Positions 59,729-64,000 of a stretch of 64,000 nucleotides of DNA are shown piece after piece. Source of the stretch: Eledone cirrhosa (lineage: Eukaryota); assembly GCA_964016885.1 (NCBI GenBank), contig OZ024765.1:1364001-1428000 (forward strand), written 5' to 3'. Every line of letters starts with the position of its first letter. Position 1 is the first letter of the stretch. Made by a program: the position numbers and the translations under genes. The notes below the pieces were generated by a model. It saw nothing but the letters and a program-made list of their open reading frames with translations. It did no database searches and was not told the origin of the DNA.

Positions 59729-60938
59729 CACCTCTCTATCTACATGTCTCTCTCTCTCTCTTGCTTTTTCGTCTCTACTTTCACTTACCTTCATGTTTTT
59801 CAACAAATCAAACCATGTGTGTGTGTATATATATATGTGTGTGTATATATGTGTGTGTGTGTGTATCTATATATGTGTGTGTGTATCTATATATATGTGT
59901 GCGTATATATATATGTATATGTGTATGTGTGTCTATATATATGTATGTATGTATATATATATGTGTGCGTATATATATATGTGCGTGTATATATATATAT
60001 ATATATGATGGCTGCCCCCTCGTTATCGAGTATGGCCATTGCACAAAAAAAAAACGACATATATATATATATAATATATACACACACATATATATATATA
60101 CACACACAAACATACACACATATATATATATACACACACACATTTATGTACACACACATATATATATATATATATATACACACACAGCTGTGGGTTTGAA
60201 GAACCAGTGTTCCAGTCGCTTCTATCCAAAGAATAGCAACAGCCACCCTGTAGAAATTAACGTGCAAGTGGCTGAGCATTCCACAGGCACGTGTACACTC
60301 GACATACTTCTCAGGGAGATTCAGCATAACGTAGCAACGTGTGAAAGTGTATTTTGTGGTTAATAAAGAAAGCATTATTATTATTATTATTGGCTTCTGT
60401 TCTTTAGACAAACCGATAGATAAGTGGATATATATATATAGAGATCGATAGATAGATAGATAGATGGACAGACAGATATTAGATATATCTGTCTGTCCAT
60501 CTATCTAGACAGATATATCGATAGATATATGGATAAATAGACAGATATATCGATAAATAGATATATATATATCGATAAATAGACATATACAGATAGATAG
60601 ACAGATATATCGATAAATAGATAGATATATCGATAGATATACCGACAATTCGATATATAACTCTGGCTGCTATTTCTAGCGTGTCGGGTGACAGGCCACT
60701 TAGAAAGGGTTGCAAGGTGTTTGTCTCAGTTAATACAGATTTATAGAGCGACAAGGAGGGCTTGTAATTAATTATTAATTAAAACAGGTAGAAATGCAAG
60801 CTCACCTATTGTGAAGACAGCAATGTAATAAACCAGATCGTTAGCTGAGGAGGATTTTCGGACTTTCTTCGCCTCAAACCGCGAAGATTTGTGATTTTGG
60901 TCGGACGCAGATAAACCTTTACGTTTCTTCGCCGCCAT
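35872..60938 (-). CDS. DPY19L1: DPY-19-like protein C-mannosyltransferase, 22 coding exons, 699 aa
   Basis: Exons join in frame (2100 nt including stop). Motifs: [85 protein letters not shown]. The paralog number is only a best match. Confidence 0.95.
36175..36222 (+). ncRNA. Degenerate hammerhead-like motif
   Basis: TATCA-CTGATGA-tGTCACA..TGTGAT-GAAA-GAAC-TT-TGATA; stem III weak. Confidence 0.35.
36500..36840 (+). mobile_element. RTE-clade LINE 3' fragment (related fragments 22120-22330(+), 48540-48710(-))
   Basis: MLRWMC...[19 protein letters not shown] and (GAT)n tail. Confidence 0.85.
37037..37107 (-). ncRNA. Minimal type-I hammerhead ribozyme motif (PLE-type)
   Basis: TTTAT-CTGATGA-GAACATGCCAG..CTGACATCTTC-GAAA-TACGTA-TA-ATAGA: intact core, G-C closing stem II, palindromic stem III. 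Confidence 0.7.
37203..37328 (-). CDS. DPY19L1: DPY19L exon 21
   Basis: 126 nt, VYSMYSRK...ILEESWC. Confidence 0.96.
37422..37728. repeat. Purine-rich ~24-bp minisatellite
   Basis: GTCACAGAAGAATGGGGGAGAGGG units. Confidence 0.88.
38300..38399 (-). CDS. DPY19L1: DPY19L exon 20
   Basis: 100 nt, [15 protein letters not shown]...NHPHYED. Confidence 0.97.
38756..38930 (-). CDS. DPY19L1: DPY19L exon 19
   Basis: 175 nt, LFGW...[17 protein letters not shown]. Confidence 0.95.
39010..39500 (+). mobile_element. Expander/Rex3-like RTE 3' fragments, internally repeated (also 29380-29575, 790-925)
   Basis: GGGGTAGAC..AAGATGG..ATAACATCCA..CGCTTGGGGATCCAG motif. Confidence 0.7.
39536..39655 (-). CDS. 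DPY19L1: DPY19L exon 18
   Basis: 120 nt, LVYHIFQ...[12 protein letters not shown]. Confidence 0.96.
39683..40560. repeat. (GTG/GTA)n trinucleotide tract
   Basis: Fills DPY19L intron 17. Confidence 0.95.
40617..40644 (-). CDS. DPY19L1: DPY19L exon 17, 28-nt microexon (EDKSKPYAE)
   Basis: TTTCTAG/GTAAAT boundaries; restores phase 0 before LVYH. Confidence 0.78.
41007..41520. repeat. Near-perfect inverted repeat, ~145-bp arms
   Basis: 41007-41153 is the reverse complement of 41374-41520. Confidence 0.92.
42667..42740 (-). CDS. DPY19L1: DPY19L exon 16
   Basis: 74 nt, TTGTAG/GTGAG boundaries, open in the required phase. Confidence 0.8.
42795..43070 (-). mobile_element. L1/Tx1-clade ORF2 fragment
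   Basis: [20 protein letters not shown] resembles the post-RT GGLG motif region; GC-rich island among microsatellites. Confidence 0.55.
43322..43393 (-). CDS. DPY19L1: DPY19L exon 15
   Basis: 72 nt, [12 protein letters not shown]. Confidence 0.9.
43852..43953 (-). CDS. DPY19L1: DPY19L exon 14
   Basis: 102 nt, AHIGDLL...[12 protein letters not shown]. Confidence 0.96.
44077..44157 (-). CDS. DPY19L1: DPY19L exon 13
   Basis: 81 nt, [13 protein letters not shown]...IADD. Confidence 0.92.
44645..44782 (-). mobile_element. CR1-clade LINE 3' fragment
   Basis: [21 protein letters not shown] matches the CR1 terminal FFS.RV...WN.LP motif. Confidence 0.7.
45480..45732. repeat. 27-bp minisatellite
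   Basis: ATGATAGATCATGAGACCAGGGTCCCT units. Confidence 0.9.
45767..45823 (-). CDS. DPY19L1: DPY19L exon 12
   Basis: 57 nt, phase 0-0, [19 protein letters not shown], strong splice sites. Confidence 0.82.
46226..46712. repeat. ~65-70-bp minisatellite
   Basis: AGCTACCAAG..CCCACC..AGCTGGAGGGT..ACCTAGTTTCTAGCT units. Confidence 0.85.
47353..47439 (-). CDS. DPY19L1: DPY19L exon 11
   Basis: 87 nt, [12 protein letters not shown]. Confidence 0.93.
47450..48000. repeat. 86-bp minisatellite (~6 copies)
   Basis: Period 86 visible in the sequence and in the staggered ORFs. Confidence 0.92.
49073..49142 (+). ncRNA. Minimal type-I hammerhead ribozyme motif (PLE-type)
   Basis: TTAT-CTGATGA-long stem II (CAAATATCATC/GATGATATTTG)-GAAA-TGCGCA-TA-ATAA. 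Confidence 0.65.
49288..49392 (-). CDS. DPY19L1: DPY19L exon 10
   Basis: 105 nt, FAQFALMTQ. Confidence 0.94.
49480..50103. repeat. Truncated TTAA MITE with about 7 copies of the 72-bp repeat
   Basis: Same arm and repeat unit as 23478-26247. Confidence 0.8.
50457..50529 (-). CDS. DPY19L1: DPY19L exon 9
   Basis: 73 nt, ends FFMIPWQ. Confidence 0.93.
50955..51046 (-). CDS. DPY19L1: DPY19L exon 8
   Basis: 92 nt, [18 protein letters not shown]. Confidence 0.96.
51253..51310 (-). CDS. DPY19L1: DPY19L exon 7
   Basis: 58 nt, [16 protein letters not shown]. Confidence 0.93.
52159..52252 (-). CDS. DPY19L1: DPY19L exon 6
   Basis: 94 nt, [17 protein letters not shown]. Confidence 0.95.
52278..53290. 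repeat. 20-bp G-rich minisatellite (~50 copies)
   Basis: GTGGCTGGAG(T/A)GAGGGGG(C/A)A units. Confidence 0.95.
53594..53714 (-). CDS. DPY19L1: DPY19L exon 5
   Basis: 121 nt, [18 protein letters not shown]. Confidence 0.96.
54205..54342 (-). CDS. DPY19L1: DPY19L exon 4
   Basis: 138 nt, GLYYSYYKT...[11 protein letters not shown]. Confidence 0.96.
54529..54616 (-). CDS. DPY19L1: DPY19L exon 3
   Basis: 88 nt, [24 protein letters not shown]. Confidence 0.96.
55559..55583 (-). CDS. DPY19L1: DPY19L exon 2, 25-nt microexon (AITAGVLHR)
   Basis: TTTGCAG/GTATG boundaries; supplies the required phase 1->2 shift; resembles AVFAAVLHW of DPY19L1. Confidence 0.85.
55815..56660. repeat. 40-bp minisatellite (~21 copies)
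   Basis: ACCCAGGTACATATTGTAGAGCTAACCTAGGGTGTTAAAT units. Confidence 0.95.
58905..59472 (+). mobile_element. L1/Tx1-clade LINE 3' end
   Basis: Decayed C-terminus ([21 protein letters not shown]) then 3' UTR ending CCCCTGTGGCTAATAAAGAAA. Confidence 0.6.
60806..60938 (-). CDS. DPY19L1: DPY19L exon 1
   Basis: AACATGG start, basic N-terminus then hydrophobic [11 protein letters not shown]|GTGAG donor; 133 nt. Confidence 0.85.
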
Positions 60939-62068
60939 GTTGGAACAGGCAGACAGACTGACTGACTGACTGACTGACTGACCGAGAGTAAGAGAGAAGG
61001 GGAGTGAGGGAGATAGAGATATGTAGATAGAGACAGGCGTAGTGTGAGAGAGAGAGATAGATAGAGAAAGGGAGAGTGAGGGAGATAGATATGTAGACAG
61101 AGAGAGGAGGAGTGTGAGAGAGATATAGATAGATAGATAGAGAAAGGGAGAGTGAGGGAGATAGATATGTAGATAGAGAGAGGAGGAGTGTGAGAGAGAT
61201 ATAGATAGATAGAGAAAGGGAAAGTGAGGGAGATAGATATATAGATAGAGAGAGAGAGAAAGAGAGAGAGAGAAAGAGTGACATATAGAGAAGGAAAAAG
61301 AGAGAGTAAAGAAGATATATATATATAGATAGACAGAGGGTAACAGATAAAGAGAGGGGAGTGAGAGATAGATATATAAATAAAGAGAGGGAGGAGAGAG
61401 AGAAAAAGAGTGACAAGTAGATAGAAATAAAGAGAATGGGAGGGAGAAAGATAGACAGACTGAGTGAGAGAAAGATAGACATATAGAGAGAGCGAGAGAG
61501 AGAAAGGGAGAGAGATAGACTGACTGGGAGAGAAGAGAGACGGAGAAAGAAAGAGACATAGAGTGAAAAGGATGGAGAGAGAGACAAATAGAGGAAGAGA
61601 GAGGCAGGAAACTTACATCGGCTTTGTGATGATGGCGGAGGTGGTGGTGGTGATGGTGGTGGTGATTGTAGTGATGACAATGGCGGTGGTGGTGGTTTTG
61701 GTGTTATTGGTGGTGATGGTGGTGGAGGAGATGATGGTGATGATAGTGATGGTGGTGGTAGTGATGACAATGAGGGTGGTGGTGGTGTTAGCGGTGGTGG
61801 TGATTGTAGTGATGACAATGGCGGTGGTAGTGGTGGTGTTGGTGATGATGGTGGTGGTGGAGGAGATGGTGGTGGAGGAGATGATGGTGATGGAGATGAT
61901 GGTGATGATGGTGGTGGTGGTGGAGATGATGGTGGAGGAGATGATGGTGATGATGGTGGTGGAGATGATGGTGGTGGTGGTGGAGATGATGGTGATGATA
62001 CTGATGACAATGGCGGTGGCGGTGGTAGATTAAAGTTGTATATTTCATATTTGTGACTGAATTGTCAC

Positions 62069-62162
<94 letters not shown>

Positions 62163-62175
62163 GTATATATATATG

Positions 62176-62334
<159 letters not shown>

Positions 62335-62355
62335 ATATATATATATATGTATATA

Positions 62356-62413
<58 letters not shown>

Positions 62414-62603
62414 ACGAAGGATTTGTGGTAAGGAACCAGATGGACCATAACGCACCAAAGTACTCAATACTTAGGGTAGTAGAGTGGGTAATAGGAAAAT
62501 GTATGACCCCGACGGCAGAGCTCAAGCCGTTTCGACGGCTATTTCTGGACTGAAATAGCCGTCGAAACGGCTTGAGCTCTGCCGTCGGGGTCATACATTT
62601 TCC

Positions 62604-62634
<31 letters not shown>

Positions 62635-62652
62635 CAGTGATAATTTACATAT

Positions 62653-62684
<32 letters not shown>

Positions 62685-63397
62685 GGACTATCGTCGATCT
62701 CGACGATGAGTGATCCAGTTACTCGTGAAATTAATCTTCAAGTGGCCGAGTATTCCAGACACGTGTACTTTTAACGTAGTTCTCAGGGAGATTCAGCATA
62801 ACAGTGTGTGACAAGGCTGGCTTTTTAAATCACAAAGTTCTCAGGGAGATTCAGCATAACACAGTATGTGACAAGGCTGGCCTTTTAAATTACAGAGTTT
62901 TCAGGGAGATTCAGCATAACACAGTACGTGACAAGGCTGGCCTTTTGAATTATAGAGTTCTCAGGGAGATTCAGCATTACAGTTTATGATAGGAATTACA
63001 CGTGTGTAACGAAAACAAAAATGATTCGGCTATTATGATGATAATGTGCTTTCCTACTACGTAGGGTTTGTTGTCACTGGCTCCGAACTTGAGTGCGTGC
63101 AAATTAACGGAAGAAACCGAAGTTTATTGTGTGCGGTAACGGGGACAGCTGTGAGGGAGGCGGTGTTGGTTGAAACAAGCTGTTTCCATATATGTATGTA
63201 TGTGTGTGGTTAGAGAATTGGATTCACAACCGTGAGTTCGATTCCCTGACCGGGCGATGTATTATATCCTTGAGCAAGACACTTTATTGCACGTTGCTCC
63301 TTCTACCTGGAGTTGCGACTGATAGACAGTACTAGCAACTGGAAAGACCGACGGAAACGTTGTTTCCTCGGTCCGATTTGACGAAAGCCGATCGTTC

Positions 63398-63876
<479 letters not shown>

Positions 63877-64000
63877 GTAACGAAGGAGTTGTGGTAAGGA
63901 ACCAAATGGACCATAACGCACCAGAGTACTCAATACTTAGGGTAGTAGAGTGGGTAATAGGAGAAAGTATGACCCCGACGGCAGAGCTCAAGACGTTTCG

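Noticed and set aside
63305-63390. CTGATAGA-CAGT..ACTG-GAAA-GACCGA..TCGGTC hammerhead-like fold (relative at ~31020-31090)
   Set aside because: Extra base in the core and no U-H cleavage site after stem III

Overview
Repeat-rich animal genomic DNA. The SINE families and microsatellite load suggest a mollusc, probably an octopod cephalopod (inference). Two complete spliced genes on the minus strand were reconstructed by hand from GT/AG boundaries and phase continuity: DKC1/dyskerin (17 coding exons, 31980->11549, 560 aa) and a DPY19L1-like C-mannosyltransferase (22 coding exons, 60938->35872, 699 aa). Nearly all long ORFs in the supplied track are repeat artefacts. Notable features: (i) several minimal type-I hammerhead-ribozyme motifs of the Penelope-like-element (PLE) kind with covarying stems, one of them sense within the last DPY19L intron; (ii) long foldback elements carrying whole or half hammerhead motifs; (iii) four tandemly duplicated phase-0 Lys-rich tail exons in DKC1, two with co-duplicated foldbacks; (iv) a dyskerin with GHGGTLD at the catalytic motif, equivalent to the human disease allele S121G; (v) minisatellites traceable to a TTAA-flanked MITE, an Hsmar2-like transposase, an RTE LINE and a Tx1 3' tail. 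Repeat boundaries are approximate, and human/fly comparisons are from memory.
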